In this document: positions 49,975 through 61,177 of the stretch, piece by piece
How the letters are laid out: every line of letters starts with the position of its first letter
Numbering within the stretch: position 1 is the first letter of the stretch
Assembly: GCA_009995365.1 (NCBI GenBank)
Contig: JAACPR010000001.1
Span: 30,680-94,679, forward strand
Source of the DNA: Candidatus Parcubacteria bacterium
GTDB taxonomy: Bacteria; Patescibacteriota; Minisyncoccia; Phycocordibacterales; JAACPR01
DNA length: 64,000 nucleotides
Direction of reading: 5' to 3'
The notes under the pieces: generated by a model
Told to the model about the DNA's origin: nothing
Databases searched by the model: none
The model's input: the letters and a program-made list of their open reading frames with translations, nothing else
Program-made: the position numbers and the translations under genes

Positions 49975-51921
49975 ATGTCAAAAATTTTAGGAATTGATTT
50001 AGGAACAACAAACTCAGCGATGGCAATAATCGAAGGTGGTGAACCAGAAATTATTGAAAACGCGGAAGGGAATAGAACTACACCTTCTATTGTTGCTATT
50101 TCTAAAAATAACGAACGTCTAGTTGGCCAATTAGCCAAAAGACAAGCGGTTACAAACCCAAAAAATACTATTTTTGGAATTAAAAGATTTATTGGGCATA
50201 ATTTTGGAGATACTGCAGTAGAAAAGGATAGAAAAACAGTTCCATACGAAGTTAAGAAATCTGACAACGACGGTGTTTTAGTTGAAATGAATGGAAAGGA
50301 TTATCGCCCAGAAGAAGTTTCAGCTATGATTCTACAAAAAATGAAATCTGATGCAGAATCAAAAACTGGCGAGAAGATCACTGAGGCAGTTATCACAGTT
50401 CCTGCTTATTTCAATGATTCCCAAAGACAAGCTACAAAAGACGCGGGTAAAATTGCAGGATTGGAAGTTAAAAGAATTATTAACGAACCTACTGCAGCAG
50501 CACTTGCTTATGGTTTTAATAAAAAGAAAGATGAAAAAATTGTAGTCTTTGACTTTGGAGGAGGAACATTCGATATTTCTGTTTTGGAAGTTGGCGACGA
50601 TGTTGTCGAGGTTAAGTCAACAGATGGTGACTCTCACATGGGAGGTAAAGATATAGACCAAAAAATAATTAAATGGATTATTGATGAATTCAAAAAAGAA
50701 TCAGGTGTAGACATCTCCGGAGATAAACTTGCGCTACAGCGATTAAATGAAGAGGCAGAGAAAGCAAAACTAGAGCTTTCAAGTGCTAGTGAGACTGAGA
50801 TTAATATCCCTTTCTTGACATCAGGAGAAAACGGACCTGTTCACTTTATAAAAAACATGTCTAGAGCTAAATTAGAAGAACTAGCAGAAGAATTTATAAC
50901 TCGTTCAATTGAAATAACTAAAAGAGCAGTCGACGCCTCACCTTTTGAAATTTCAGATATCAATGAAATCATTATGGTTGGTGGGCAAACTAGAATGCCT
51001 AAAATCCAAGAAGAAGTTAAGAAACTTTTCGGAAAAGAACCAAATAAATCAATTAACCCTGATGAGGTTGTTGCTTTGGGTGCTGCAATCCAAGGAGGAA
51101 TTATGCAAGGTGACGTCAAAGATGTTTTACTACTAGATGTTATCCCACTTTCACTAGGAATTGAAACAATGGGTGGAGTTGCAACAAAGCTTATCGAAAA
51201 AAACACAACAATTCCAGCTAACAAATCTCAAATTTTTTCTACAGCAGCCGATAATCAAAACCAAGTAGAGATTCACATTGTTCAAGGTGAAAGATCAATG
51301 GCCGCAGACAACAAATCATTAGGAAGATTTATTCTAGACGGTATTCCACCTGCACCAAGAGGCGTTCCACAAATAGAGGTTTCATTCGATATTGATTCAA
51401 ACGGAATCTTGAATGTTAAAGCGGTCGACAAAGCTTCAAACAAAGAGCAATCAATCAAAATCGAAGCAACATCTGGTCTATCAGAAGAAGATATTGAAAA
51501 GATGCAGAAAGACGCAGAGTTGCATGAAGAAGAAGATAAAAAGAAGAAAGAATTGATTGATACTAAAAATATTGCTGAGCAAACTGCTTATACTGCAGAA
51601 AAAGCATTGAAAGATGCAGGCGATAAAATTCCTGAAGATCTTAAAAAGGGAATTGAAGAAAAAGTTAAATCTACTCGTGAAATATCCGGAAAAGACGATC
51701 TAGAAGCAATTAAAAAATCAACCGAAGAACTTTCAACTGAAATGCAAAAAATCGGTCAATACATGCAAGAGAATCAACAGCAAGATAAAACTTCACAAGA
51801 TGGTTCTGAAAACAAAACAGGTGAAGATGTTAAAGACGCTGAAGTCGAAAAAGAAGATGAAGCTGACCAGTCATCAAATGACTCAAATAATTCAGAAAAT
51901 TCAAACGAAGATAAAAAATAA
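49975..51921 (+). CDS. dnaK: Chaperone DnaK
   Basis: [32 protein letters not shown]. Confidence 0.99.
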   Translation: MSKILGIDLGTTNSAMAIIEGGEPEIIENAEGNRTTPSIVAISKNNERLVGQLAKRQAVTNPKNTIFGIKRFIGHNFGDTAVEKDRKTVPYEVKKSDNDGVLVEMNGKDYRPEEVSAMILQKMKSDAESKTGEKITEAVITVPAYFNDSQRQATKDAGKIAGLEVKRIINEPTAAALAYGFNKKKDEKIVVFDFGGGTFDISVLEVGDDVVEVKSTDGDSHMGGKDIDQKIIKWIIDEFKKESGVDISGDKLALQRLNEEAEKAKLELSSASETEINIPFLTSGENGPVHFIKNMSRAKLEELAEEFITRSIEITKRAVDASPFEISDINEIIMVGGQTRMPKIQEEVKKLFGKEPNKSINPDEVVALGAAIQGGIMQGDVKDVLLLDVIPLSLGIETMGGVATKLIEKNTTIPANKSQIFSTAADNQNQVEIHIVQGERSMAADNKSLGRFILDGIPPAPRGVPQIEVSFDIDSNGILNVKAVDKASNKEQSIKIEATSGLSEEDIEKMQKDAELHEEEDKKKKELIDTKNIAEQTAYTAEKALKDAGDKIPEDLKKGIEEKVKSTREISGKDDLEAIKKSTEELSTEMQKIGQYMQENQQQDKTSQDGSENKTGEDVKDAEVEKEDEADQSSNDSNNSENSNEDKK

Positions 51922-51929
51922 TAATTGTA

Positions 51930-52814
51930 ATGTCAAAAGACTACTACAAAATACTAGGAGTAGACAAATCTGCATCTCAAGATGAAATCAAAAAAGCTTT
52001 TAGAAAATTAGCCCACAAATACCACCCAGATAAAAAGGATGGCGATGAAGCAAAATTCAAACAAGTGAACGAAGCTTATTCTGTTTTATCAAATGAACAA
52101 AAAAGAGCACAATACGATCAATTTGGATCTACAGGTTTTGGTGGTGGAGGTGCTCAGGGCGGATTTTCAGGATTCGAAGGATTTGATTTTTCTCAATTCA
52201 CTCAAAACGGCCAGCGAGTTGATTTTGATGTAGACCTTGGTGAAATATTTGGTAGTTTTTTTAGAGGTGGAGGTGGCTTCTCACGAAGAAGAAAAGGACA
52301 AGATATTAGAGTTGATGTCGAATTAAGCTTTAAAGAATCAATTTTTGGAAAAAAAGAAAAAATTAAAGTCAACTACAAATCAAAAAAACATGAAGAAATA
52401 ACTATTGATATTCCAGCAGGTATTGATAGTGGAGAGATGCTAAGAGTCAGAGGTAGAGGTGAAGAAATTGAAGATGGGACTCCGGGAGATTTGTTCATTA
52501 AGATACACGTAAAACCACACAAAACTCTATGGAAAGAAGGGGCTAACTTGGTAACTGAGAAAAATATAAAATTAACTGAATCAATTTTAGGAACAAAAAC
52601 AGAAATTGATACACCAGAGGAAGAACCTATAACCATTAAAATCCCCGCTGGAACTAAACACGGTGAATTATTGAGATTAAGAGGTAAAGGCGCTCCGGTG
52701 CTTGGAGGATCTCAAAGAGGAGATATTTTAATTAAAATATCAGTCGACATTCCTAAAAAACTATCCAGAAAATCCAGAAAAGCGCTCGAAGAATTGCAAG
52801 AAGAAGGTCTGTAA
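51930..52814 (+). CDS. dnaJ: J-domain protein, class B (no Zn finger)
   Basis: HPD motif, G/F-rich region, C-terminal domain; no CxxCxGxG repeats. Confidence 0.9.
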   Translation: MSKDYYKILGVDKSASQDEIKKAFRKLAHKYHPDKKDGDEAKFKQVNEAYSVLSNEQKRAQYDQFGSTGFGGGGAQGGFSGFEGFDFSQFTQNGQRVDFDVDLGEIFGSFFRGGGGFSRRRKGQDIRVDVELSFKESIFGKKEKIKVNYKSKKHEEITIDIPAGIDSGEMLRVRGRGEEIEDGTPGDLFIKIHVKPHKTLWKEGANLVTEKNIKLTESILGTKTEIDTPEEEPITIKIPAGTKHGELLRLRGKGAPVLGGSQRGDILIKISVDIPKKLSRKSRKALEELQEEGL

Positions 52815-52873
52815 ACAAAAGTTTTAAACAATCAAATACAGACTTTTTGTTAGTAGTAAGATATAATTAAGTT

Positions 52874-53344
52874 ATGAACGGTATAGGATTTTTGTCATTA
52901 GACATATTGATAATTTTAATATTATTTATTTCACTTTTTCTACTGTCTTTTAAGACAGGTAAAAAGTTATTAACTACACTTATAATATCTATTTATCCAA
53001 CTGTTTTAATTTTCAATAATCTATCGCACGCAAGCTTAGATACTCAGATTATTCAATTAGTAGTTTTATCTGTTTTGTATGCACTATTTTCATTTATTTT
53101 TTGGAAAAATATTCATATAAAAAAATACCATAGTAACAGTAGAAAAATTATAGATTATTTTCTACTAACTACAGCTTTTTTGATATTATTAATTTCAATC
53201 AATATAAACTCTATACCTGCTCTATCTATGCTCTATCAATTTTCTGGATCAATTATTAATTTCATATCTAACATACCTTATTCAATAGCATTAATTATTC
53301 CAATAATAATTATATTAATAACTAACAGAAGAGACCTAGAATAA
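52874..53344 (+). CDS. Polytopic membrane protein
   Basis: About 5 hydrophobic segments; 2 nt before the kinase gene. Confidence 0.7.
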   Translation: MNGIGFLSLDILIILILFISLFLLSFKTGKKLLTTLIISIYPTVLIFNNLSHASLDTQIIQLVVLSVLYALFSFIFWKNIHIKKYHSNSRKIIDYFLLTTAFLILLISININSIPALSMLYQFSGSIINFISNIPYSIALIIPIIIILITNRRDLE

Positions 53345-53346
53345 AT

Positions 53347-54387
53347 ATGAGCCCAGAATTAATTTTAACAACAATTATACTAACAACCTTGTCAGCTGTC
53401 GCTTTCATTTTTTTGATTAATCTCAGTTTTAAAAAAGGTAAATTAAAGAGACTTGATTTCAAAAATGTTGCAACACAATTGATATTATTAACAATATGGA
53501 TAAGTATCTTGAGCGACATATTACTTGCCCAAAACAGAACTCAAGAATATGTTAGTATTACTTTCTTTATATTATCAGTATTCATCGGTATATTTTTAAT
53601 AAAAAGCCTGCATGATGAAGACAAATATCAAGAAACAATAAAAGGACTGGTAAATAAATTACAAATAAACAATGAAGAATTAAAACAATTAGACAAGAAA
53701 AAAACTGAATTTGTTTCATTAGCTTCTCATCAACTAAGAGGTCCTTTGTCGGTTATACAAGGATATTTATCTATGGTTTTAGAAGGGGACTACGGTTCTA
53801 TTCCAGAAAAAGCAAAAGAACCTATTTATAGATCTCTTCGTTCCAGTAAGGCACTGAGTCTTTTAATAAACGACTACCTAGATGTCGCCCAAATTGAGAG
53901 AGGAGAAATGGAATATAATATTACAGAAATTAATTTCTCTAATCTCTTAAAAGATGTGGTATCAGAATTTGAAGTCGTCGCCAAAAAATCTAAACTCGAT
54001 TTTATTTTTGAAGACAAAACAAAAAATATAAAAATTAATGGTGATATAAATAAAATCAGACAAGTTCTATCCAACATAATAGATAACGCAATAAAATATA
54101 CAAAAGAAGGTCGGGTAAAAATTTCAACAAAAAGAGAAGACGACAAGATAATTGTCTCTGTTGAAGACACAGGTATAGGCATCAAAAAAGAAAAGATGAC
54201 CGAAATTTTCAATAAATTTGCTAGATCAGAAGAAGCAATAAAAGTTAATGTCGTAGGAACTGGTCTTGGTTTATTTGTCGCAAAAATAATGGTCGAATCA
54301 CAAGACGGTAACATATGGGCACAATCAGAAGGTATAGGAAAAGGATCGACTTTTTATATCTCTTTACCAATTGCAAAAGATAATTAA
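53347..54387 (+). CDS. Membrane sensor histidine kinase
   Basis: H-box ASHQLRGPL, N-box NIIDNAIKYT, DTGIG, GTGLGL; 3 N-terminal TM. Confidence 0.95.
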   Translation: MSPELILTTIILTTLSAVAFIFLINLSFKKGKLKRLDFKNVATQLILLTIWISILSDILLAQNRTQEYVSITFFILSVFIGIFLIKSLHDEDKYQETIKGLVNKLQINNEELKQLDKKKTEFVSLASHQLRGPLSVIQGYLSMVLEGDYGSIPEKAKEPIYRSLRSSKALSLLINDYLDVAQIERGEMEYNITEINFSNLLKDVVSEFEVVAKKSKLDFIFEDKTKNIKINGDINKIRQVLSNIIDNAIKYTKEGRVKISTKREDDKIIVSVEDTGIGIKKEKMTEIFNKFARSEEAIKVNVVGTGLGLFVAKIMVESQDGNIWAQSEGIGKGSTFYISLPIAKDN

Positions 54388-54405
54388 TTTGTTAATTTTA
54401 ATGTT

Positions 54406-55374
54406 ATGAGAAAAAAACTAGTATCAGGAATTAAACCAACAGGGACACTACATTTAGGAAATTATTTTGGTGCCTTGAAACAATTTGTTGATCTGCAAAA
54501 TGAATATGATTCAAATATTTTTATAGCTGATTTTCACGCTCTAACAACTATACAAGAAAAGGAAGTTCTAGAGAAAAATATAATCAATATAGCTACAGAT
54601 TATTTAGCGGCAGGGATTGATCCTAATAAAGTTAACTTATTCAAACAATCAGATATACCAGAAGTCACCCAAGCAGCTTGGATTTTCAATTGCATCACCA
54701 CGATGCCTTTTTTGATGAGAGCTCATTCATTTAAAGATGCCGAAGCAAAAGACAAAGAAATAAATGTTGGTGTATTCGATTATCCAATTTTAATGGCTGC
54801 AGATATTTTATTGCCAAGCGCGGATGTTGTCCCGGTCGGCAAAGATCAAAAACAGCATGTAGAAATAACTAGAGACATCGCGGAAAAATTTAACAGAATA
54901 TATGGGGAAACTTTCAAATTACCTAAACCAATAATTTTAGAAGAGACCGAGACAGTCCCTGGAATTGACGGTAGGAAAATGAGCAAAAGTTATGGAAATA
55001 TAATTCCACTTTTTGCCACAGATGAAGAGATTGAAAAAGCTGTTATGTCGATAAGAACTGATTCAAAAGCGCCTGATGAACCAAAAAATCCGGACGAGGT
55101 AATAATCTACCAAATACACAAACTAATTTTAAACGAAGAAGAAGACAAAAAAATTAGAGGAAGATACGAATCCGGCATTGGTTACAAAGAAGCTAAAGAT
55201 CTTTTAATCAAAGATTTAAAAAGTTTTATAAAGCCAATGCGTGAAAAAAGGGAATATTGGGTGAATAATCCACAAAAAGTTAAAAGAATTCTTAAGAAGG
55301 GGGCTAAGAAAGCAAAGAAAGAAATTTCGAAAAAGATGGACGAGGTAAGAAATAAGATTGGAATGAATCTTTAA
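54406..55374 (+). CDS. trpS: Tryptophan-tRNA ligase
   Basis: SGIKPTGTLHLGNY, YPILMAADIL, VGKDQ, KMSKS. Confidence 0.98.
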   Translation: MRKKLVSGIKPTGTLHLGNYFGALKQFVDLQNEYDSNIFIADFHALTTIQEKEVLEKNIINIATDYLAAGIDPNKVNLFKQSDIPEVTQAAWIFNCITTMPFLMRAHSFKDAEAKDKEINVGVFDYPILMAADILLPSADVVPVGKDQKQHVEITRDIAEKFNRIYGETFKLPKPIILEETETVPGIDGRKMSKSYGNIIPLFATDEEIEKAVMSIRTDSKAPDEPKNPDEVIIYQIHKLILNEEEDKKIRGRYESGIGYKEAKDLLIKDLKSFIKPMREKREYWVNNPQKVKRILKKGAKKAKKEISKKMDEVRNKIGMNL

Positions 55375-55407
55375 TTAATAGATTAATTTTGTTAGTATAA
55401 CTTAAAT

Positions 55408-56700
55408 ATGGAAAGAATTTATATAAAAGATCTAAAAGATCATGCAGGAGAGGAAGTTGTTATCAAAGGATTTGTAGATACTCTAAGAGATCAAAATAAA
55501 ATTGTCTTTATTATACTCAGAGATATAACTGGCAAAATTCAAAACGTAGTTTTAAAAGATTGCGAAGATTTTGATTTAGCCAAAGATTTAACAGAAGAAT
55601 CTGTTATTGAAATTAAAGGTTTAGTAAAAGAAGAAAAGCAGGCACCTGGAGGCTTTGAAATTGAAACAAAAAAAATAGTTTTGTTATCTAGCGCAGCTCC
55701 AGAATTACCAATACCTGTTAACACAAGAAAAGGAGGTGAAGAAACAAATATAACATCTAGATTAGATTATCGCTTTATTGACTTAAGAAAACCTGAAAAA
55801 GCTAACATATTTAAAGCTTGGACTGCTTTTGAAAGAGGAATGAGAAATTATTTTGAAAAGAATAATTTTATCCAAGTTTACACCCCTTCTTTTATGAACA
55901 CATCTAGTGAGACCGGTGCAGAAGTTTTTGAAGTTAGTTATTTTGAAAGAAAAGCTTATCTTGCTCAATCACCACAGTTTTATAAACAAATGGCAATAGC
56001 TTCAGGATTAGAAAAAGTATTTATTTCTGGTCCAGTCTTCCGTGCAGAGGAATCATTCACTACTCGACACATGACAGAATTTACGGGTTGGGACTTTGAA
56101 ATTGGATTTATTAATGATCATCACGACCTAATGAAAAGCGAAGAGGAAATGATCAAAACAGGTTTTGAAAAAATCAAAGAAGACTTGCCAGAATTAGATA
56201 TAGAAATTCCACAAATTCCTTTTCCAAAAATTACAATAAAAGAAGCAAAAGAAAAACTAGAAGCAGCTGGTGTAAAAGGAGAAAAAGAACATGATCTTTC
56301 GCCAGAAGAAGAGAGGAGAATATGTGAGATTATAAAAACAGAAACTGGAAATGATTTTGTTTTTATAACAGATTACGACATTTCTATCAGACCTTTCTAT
56401 CATATGAGGCACGAAAACAATCCTCAACTCACAAAAAGTGCAGACCTTTTATACAAAGGAATTGAGATAACAACACTCGCTCAAAGAGAACACCGACCAG
56501 AAATTCTAGAGAAACAAGCTGTCGAAAAGAAAATGGATTTGAATTTACTTTCAAAATATTTGGAATTCTTCAAATACGGTTGTCCACCACATGGGGGTGG
56601 AGGAATCGGCCCATCAAGACTATTCATGAAGATGTTTGGGTATGACAATGTTAGAGAAGTTACTTTTCTACCAAGAGATGTTAATCGTTTAGAACCGTAA
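55408..56700 (+). CDS. aspS: Aspartate-tRNA ligase, archaeal-type (likely non-discriminating)
   Basis: 430 aa with no GAD insert; LAQSPQFYKQ, FRAEES, YGCPPHGG, PRD. Confidence 0.92.
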   Translation: MERIYIKDLKDHAGEEVVIKGFVDTLRDQNKIVFIILRDITGKIQNVVLKDCEDFDLAKDLTEESVIEIKGLVKEEKQAPGGFEIETKKIVLLSSAAPELPIPVNTRKGGEETNITSRLDYRFIDLRKPEKANIFKAWTAFERGMRNYFEKNNFIQVYTPSFMNTSSETGAEVFEVSYFERKAYLAQSPQFYKQMAIASGLEKVFISGPVFRAEESFTTRHMTEFTGWDFEIGFINDHHDLMKSEEEMIKTGFEKIKEDLPELDIEIPQIPFPKITIKEAKEKLEAAGVKGEKEHDLSPEEERRICEIIKTETGNDFVFITDYDISIRPFYHMRHENNPQLTKSADLLYKGIEITTLAQREHRPEILEKQAVEKKMDLNLLSKYLEFFKYGCPPHGGGGIGPSRLFMKMFGYDNVREVTFLPRDVNRLEP

Positions 56701-56702
56701 TT

Positions 56703-57440
56703 ATGAACGAAAAGAAAGGTTTCGAAGTTGATACTGATGTTTTTTCTGGACCATTAGATCTGCTACTTAACCTTATTGAAAAAAGAAAACTATTAATAAA
56801 TGAAATATCTTTGGCCAAAATCACGGATGACTATATTTCTTATGTTAATAATATTGAAGAAATTTCAATTTCTGACAAGGCAAATTTTATCTTGATTGCT
56901 TCAACACTACTTTTAATTAAATCAAAATCACTTTTACCAACATTGGAATTAACTGAAGAAGAAGAACAATCCATAGAAGATTTAGAACGGAGACTTAAAA
57001 TTCACAAAAGATTAAAAGCAGTTGAACCAAAAATACAGGAAATGTATTTCAAAAATCCAACTTATTTTAAAAGAGATGTAAAAATAGAAGAAGTTTCTTT
57101 TAGACCAACAAAAAAAACTTCAATTTCTTTTATTAAAGAAACAATCGCTGACATAATCAAAAAACTACCAAAAGTGGAGAAAATTCCAAAGGCGGCGATT
57201 AAGAAAGTTGTTAGCTTAGAAGAAATGATTAACAGACTTACCGAGAGAGTTAAACAGGGCATAAACACTAGCTTTAAAGAGTTTACCGGAATCAACACAG
57301 CACAAAAAACGGATATTATTGTTGGTTTTTTGGCGATGCTACAATTAGTAAAAGATGGTATTATTGAAGTTGAGCAAGAGGAAGGTTATTCTGACATTAA
57401 AATGCAAACAAGAGATTCACATCTGCCAGATTATTCTTAG
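56703..57440 (+). CDS. scpA: Segregation/condensation protein A (kleisin)
   Basis: FSGPLDLLLNLI, IKSKSLLP, FLAMLQL. Confidence 0.95.
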   Translation: MNEKKGFEVDTDVFSGPLDLLLNLIEKRKLLINEISLAKITDDYISYVNNIEEISISDKANFILIASTLLLIKSKSLLPTLELTEEEEQSIEDLERRLKIHKRLKAVEPKIQEMYFKNPTYFKRDVKIEEVSFRPTKKTSISFIKETIADIIKKLPKVEKIPKAAIKKVVSLEEMINRLTERVKQGINTSFKEFTGINTAQKTDIIVGFLAMLQLVKDGIIEVEQEEGYSDIKMQTRDSHLPDYS

Positions 57441-57446
57441 AAAATT

Positions 57447-57992
57447 ATGGAAAACTTAGTAAACAAAATTGAAAGCTTATTATTCTATCAAGTAGAGCCA
57501 ATGAAAATTAAAAAAATGGCTGAAATTTTGGAAGTTGATGAAGAGAATATAAATCAATCGATACAAGAACTAGAAAAAAATTTAGAGAATAGGGGAGTAA
57601 AATTAATCAAAAACGATGATGTGATCTCTCTTACAACTTCTCCTGAAAATTCAGATATTATTGAAAAAATTAAAAAAGAAGAACAAGATAAAGAATTAAG
57701 CAAAGCTGCGTTAGAAACATTAAGTATAATTTTATACAGGGGTCCTATTAAAAGAAGTGTAATAGATTACATTAGAGGGGTGAATTCTCAATTCAGCCTA
57801 AGATCTCTTTTAATAAAAGGTTTAATTGAAAAAGAGCAGTCAAAAGATGACGAAAGAGCTTTTGTATACAAACCATCAATCGATTTACTTTCATATATGG
57901 GAATTTCAAAAATAGAGGAATTACCAGAATATAAAGAGGTTAACGAAGATATAAATATTTTTATAGAATCAGAAAGAGAAAATGATAAATAA
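57447..57992 (+). CDS. scpB: Segregation/condensation protein B
   Basis: LSKAALETLSIILY, IDYIRGVNS. Confidence 0.95.
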   Translation: MENLVNKIESLLFYQVEPMKIKKMAEILEVDEENINQSIQELEKNLENRGVKLIKNDDVISLTTSPENSDIIEKIKKEEQDKELSKAALETLSIILYRGPIKRSVIDYIRGVNSQFSLRSLLIKGLIEKEQSKDDERAFVYKPSIDLLSYMGISKIEELPEYKEVNEDINIFIESERENDK

Positions 57993-58917
57993 AAACAAAA
58001 AAGAAATATTTTATTCTGTGCTACTTATGGTAATACCACTTACTATCCTTTTCTCTACTTATTTTATAAGCAAAGAAAAGAAAGACGACTTCGCAATAAC
58101 AAAAGATACTGAAATTATAGAAGAAGAAGTTAATGTATTTGAATCTTTAAAAATAGAAGGACAGGCAGCGATTGTAAAAGATATAAATACTGGTGAAATA
58201 CTATATGCCAAAAACCCAGATGTATCATTGCCCTTGGCTTCAATTACAAAAATACTAACTGTTTTAACTGTAGATAAACTATCAGACAATAATATGGTTA
58301 ATATAACTTTAGAAGATATATTAACTGAAGGTAATAGTAGTCTATTGGTAGGAGAGAATTTTAATAAGCAAGACTTAATAGATTTAACTTTGTCCGTATC
58401 ACTAAACGACGGAGCAGCTGCATTGGCCAGTAACGCCATTGGTTCATTAAATTTAAATGGTCCAGAAAATATTTTTATAAACGAAATGAATAAATTAGCC
58501 CAAGAGATTGGTATGACCAGATCAAAATTTTATAATGAAACAGGTCTAGATGAAAATGAAAAAAGTGCTGGTGCTTATGGCTCTGCAAGTGATATAGCTA
58601 AATTATTTGAATATGCGATTTCTACAAACAAAGATTTATTTAAAGCAACTGCTGAAAGTGATTTAACGATAACATCAAGAGAAGGCTTTATTCACAATGC
58701 AACAAACACAAACAAGATTGTTGATAAGCTACCAAATCTTTTAGCTGGTAAAACTGGCCACACTGACCTCGCTGGTGGTAATTTAGCTGTTGTGATTGAT
58801 CCGTCACTAAATAGGCCGGTGGTAATTGTTGTGCTTGGATCTTCGGTAGATGGTAGATTCATAGATGTCGAAAAATTATCAGATAAAACAATAGAATATT
58901 TTAAAAATAAAAAATAA
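57982..58917 (+). CDS. D-Ala-D-Ala carboxypeptidase (peptidase S11)
   Basis: SxxK (ASITK), SxN (SLN), KTG; N-terminal TM. Confidence 0.92.
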   Translation: MINKNKKEIFYSVLLMVIPLTILFSTYFISKEKKDDFAITKDTEIIEEEVNVFESLKIEGQAAIVKDINTGEILYAKNPDVSLPLASITKILTVLTVDKLSDNNMVNITLEDILTEGNSSLLVGENFNKQDLIDLTLSVSLNDGAAALASNAIGSLNLNGPENIFINEMNKLAQEIGMTRSKFYNETGLDENEKSAGAYGSASDIAKLFEYAISTNKDLFKATAESDLTITSREGFIHNATNTNKIVDKLPNLLAGKTGHTDLAGGNLAVVIDPSLNRPVVIVVLGSSVDGRFIDVEKLSDKTIEYFKNKK

Positions 58918-58919
58918 CC

Positions 58920-59996
58920 ATGATTGAAATTTTAAGTGTAGTAAAAGTAATATTACCAGCAGCATTAACTTTCCTAATTGGAATTATGCTAACGCCTCAT
59001 GTCGCCGATTTCTTGTATAAAAATAAAATGTGGAAAAAGAAATCAGGAAAATTGGATACGGCCGGAAATGCCACACCTGTTTATGACAAATTATATGAAA
59101 AAAGAGATGTTGGAACACCTAGAATGGGTGGGGTGATTATCTGGCTAAGTGCTTTTATTATTATTTCTCTGTTTTGGTTATTAGCCCGTTTTTCTCCTTT
59201 CGAAATTTTCGAAAAATTAGAATTTTTGAGTCGTGATCAAACATGGATTCCACTTGCTGCACTTATGATTGGCGCTTTCGTTGGCTTACTGGATGACTGG
59301 CTAGAGATTAGAGGATCCAGAGACAATGTCTCTGGTGGGTTATCTGCAAAAAAGCGTTTAGCTGTTGTAGGCTTGATAGGTTTACTAGTTTCAACATGGT
59401 TTTATATAAAATTGGGAGTCAGTGCAATTGGAATACCTTTCTTTGGATTATTAAATATCGGTTTTCTAATTATTCCACTTTTTACAATTGTAATAATAAT
59501 AATTTACTCAGGAGGAGTGATCGACGGATTAGATGGATTGTCAGGCGGTGTCTTAGCATCAATGTTTTCGGCTTATGGAATAATAGCTTTTGCTTATGAC
59601 CAAATTAACCTTGCAGCATTTTGTGCGGCTATTGTAGGAGCACTTCTAGCATTTTTGTGGTTCAACATTCCACCTGCAAGATTTTACATGTCAGAGACGG
59701 GGAGTATGGCTTTAACTATTGTTTTAGCGATTGTTGCTTTTATGACAGATGCATTGGTTGGAGGAGTAGGGTTATTTGTATTACCAATTATAGCTTTTCC
59801 TTTAATTGCGACTGCAGGTTCTTCTTTTTTACAAATTATGTCCAAGAAAATTCGTGGTAAGAAAATTTGGTTAGCAGCACCACTACATCACCATTTCGAA
59901 GCAATAGGTTGGCCAGCTACCAAAGTCGTCATGCGTTATTGGGTAATATCCATTATTTTTGCATCAATTGGCATTATTATCGCTTTGATAGGATAA
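58920..59996 (+). CDS. mraY: Phospho-MurNAc-pentapeptide transferase
   Basis: TPRMGG, GLLDD, DGLDGL, APLHHHFE. Confidence 0.95.
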   Translation: MIEILSVVKVILPAALTFLIGIMLTPHVADFLYKNKMWKKKSGKLDTAGNATPVYDKLYEKRDVGTPRMGGVIIWLSAFIIISLFWLLARFSPFEIFEKLEFLSRDQTWIPLAALMIGAFVGLLDDWLEIRGSRDNVSGGLSAKKRLAVVGLIGLLVSTWFYIKLGVSAIGIPFFGLLNIGFLIIPLFTIVIIIIYSGGVIDGLDGLSGGVLASMFSAYGIIAFAYDQINLAAFCAAIVGALLAFLWFNIPPARFYMSETGSMALTIVLAIVAFMTDALVGGVGLFVLPIIAFPLIATAGSSFLQIMSKKIRGKKIWLAAPLHHHFEAIGWPATKVVMRYWVISIIFASIGIIIALIG

Positions 59997-60062
59997 GTTT
60001 TTAAACATTTAAACAGAAGTTTTGCACAAGAAAATACTATTTAAAAAAGTTATAATAATGAA

Positions 60063-61172
60063 ATGACTAATAAATACAAAGTCGACAAACCACTCCTAAT
60101 AATAATATTACTTTTAACAACTTTTGGTATCTTTACTTTTCTTTCTGCGTCGCTTGGACTATTGGCAAAAGATGGTGTTCAATATTCTAGTGTTGTTGTT
60201 AACCAGCTTGGTTTTGGATTGATTGGTGGGCTAATTTTGATGTTTATTACATCTAAAATTCCATATAAATTTTGGAAAATATATTCTTTTTGGTTTATTT
60301 TAGGTGCGATATTTTTAACTTTGTTAGTTTTTGTCCCAGGAATTGGATTTGAATTTGCGGGAGCAAAAAGATGGATTCATATTGGTTCAATATCTATCCA
60401 ACCATCAGAATTTTTGAAATTTGCATATCTTTTCTATGTTGCCGCATGGCTCTCACTTGCAACAGCAAAAAACAAGATAGAGACTTTTAAATTTGGAACT
60501 TTGCCGTTCTTAACGATCTCTTTTATTGTAGGTATTATATTGGCGTTACAACCTGACAACGACACTATGGCTATAATATTATTAGCTGGAGGTGTTATGT
60601 ATTTTGTCTCTGGTGCTAATTTAAAACACATACTGATTGTTGGTTTTCTGGCTCTGATTGCTTTTTCAACTATTATTTATAACAGACCATACATAGTAGA
60701 CAGAATAGTTACTTTTATAAACCCTGCCTCTGATCCGCTCTCATCTGGATACCAAATTCAGCAATCATTAATTGCGATAGGATCAGGTGGTTTTACCGGT
60801 CGCGGTTTTGGACAAAGTATTCAAAAATTCAACTTTTTACCAGAGCCGATCGGGGATTCTATTTTTGCAGTAATTTCAGAAGAATTCGGTTTTGTTGGGG
60901 CCACCTTTTTAGTTTTGATGTTTGTGGCACTTTTAATCCAAAGTATTAGAATTAGCCTAATGAGTAAGGATAGTTTTGGTGGACTACTCATGATAGGAAT
61001 TGCTATACTTATAGTATCTCAGTCGTTTTTAAATATTGCTTCGATGTTGGGTATTTTCCCGTTATCAGGACTACCGTTATTATTTGTAAGTCATGGAGGA
61101 ACAGCATTATTATTTACACTAGCGGCTTCGGGTATAATGCTTAATATTTCAAAATTTAAAAAACAGCAATAA
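60063..61172 (+). CDS. ftsW: SEDS peptidoglycan polymerase FtsW
   Basis: GAKRWI, QPSEFLK, GYQIQQS, LPEP, SHGG; between mraY and murG. Confidence 0.93.
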   Translation: MTNKYKVDKPLLIIILLLTTFGIFTFLSASLGLLAKDGVQYSSVVVNQLGFGLIGGLILMFITSKIPYKFWKIYSFWFILGAIFLTLLVFVPGIGFEFAGAKRWIHIGSISIQPSEFLKFAYLFYVAAWLSLATAKNKIETFKFGTLPFLTISFIVGIILALQPDNDTMAIILLAGGVMYFVSGANLKHILIVGFLALIAFSTIIYNRPYIVDRIVTFINPASDPLSSGYQIQQSLIAIGSGGFTGRGFGQSIQKFNFLPEPIGDSIFAVISEEFGFVGATFLVLMFVALLIQSIRISLMSKDSFGGLLMIGIAILIVSQSFLNIASMLGIFPLSGLPLLFVSHGGTALLFTLAASGIMLNISKFKKQQ

Positions 61173-61177
61173 TTATT

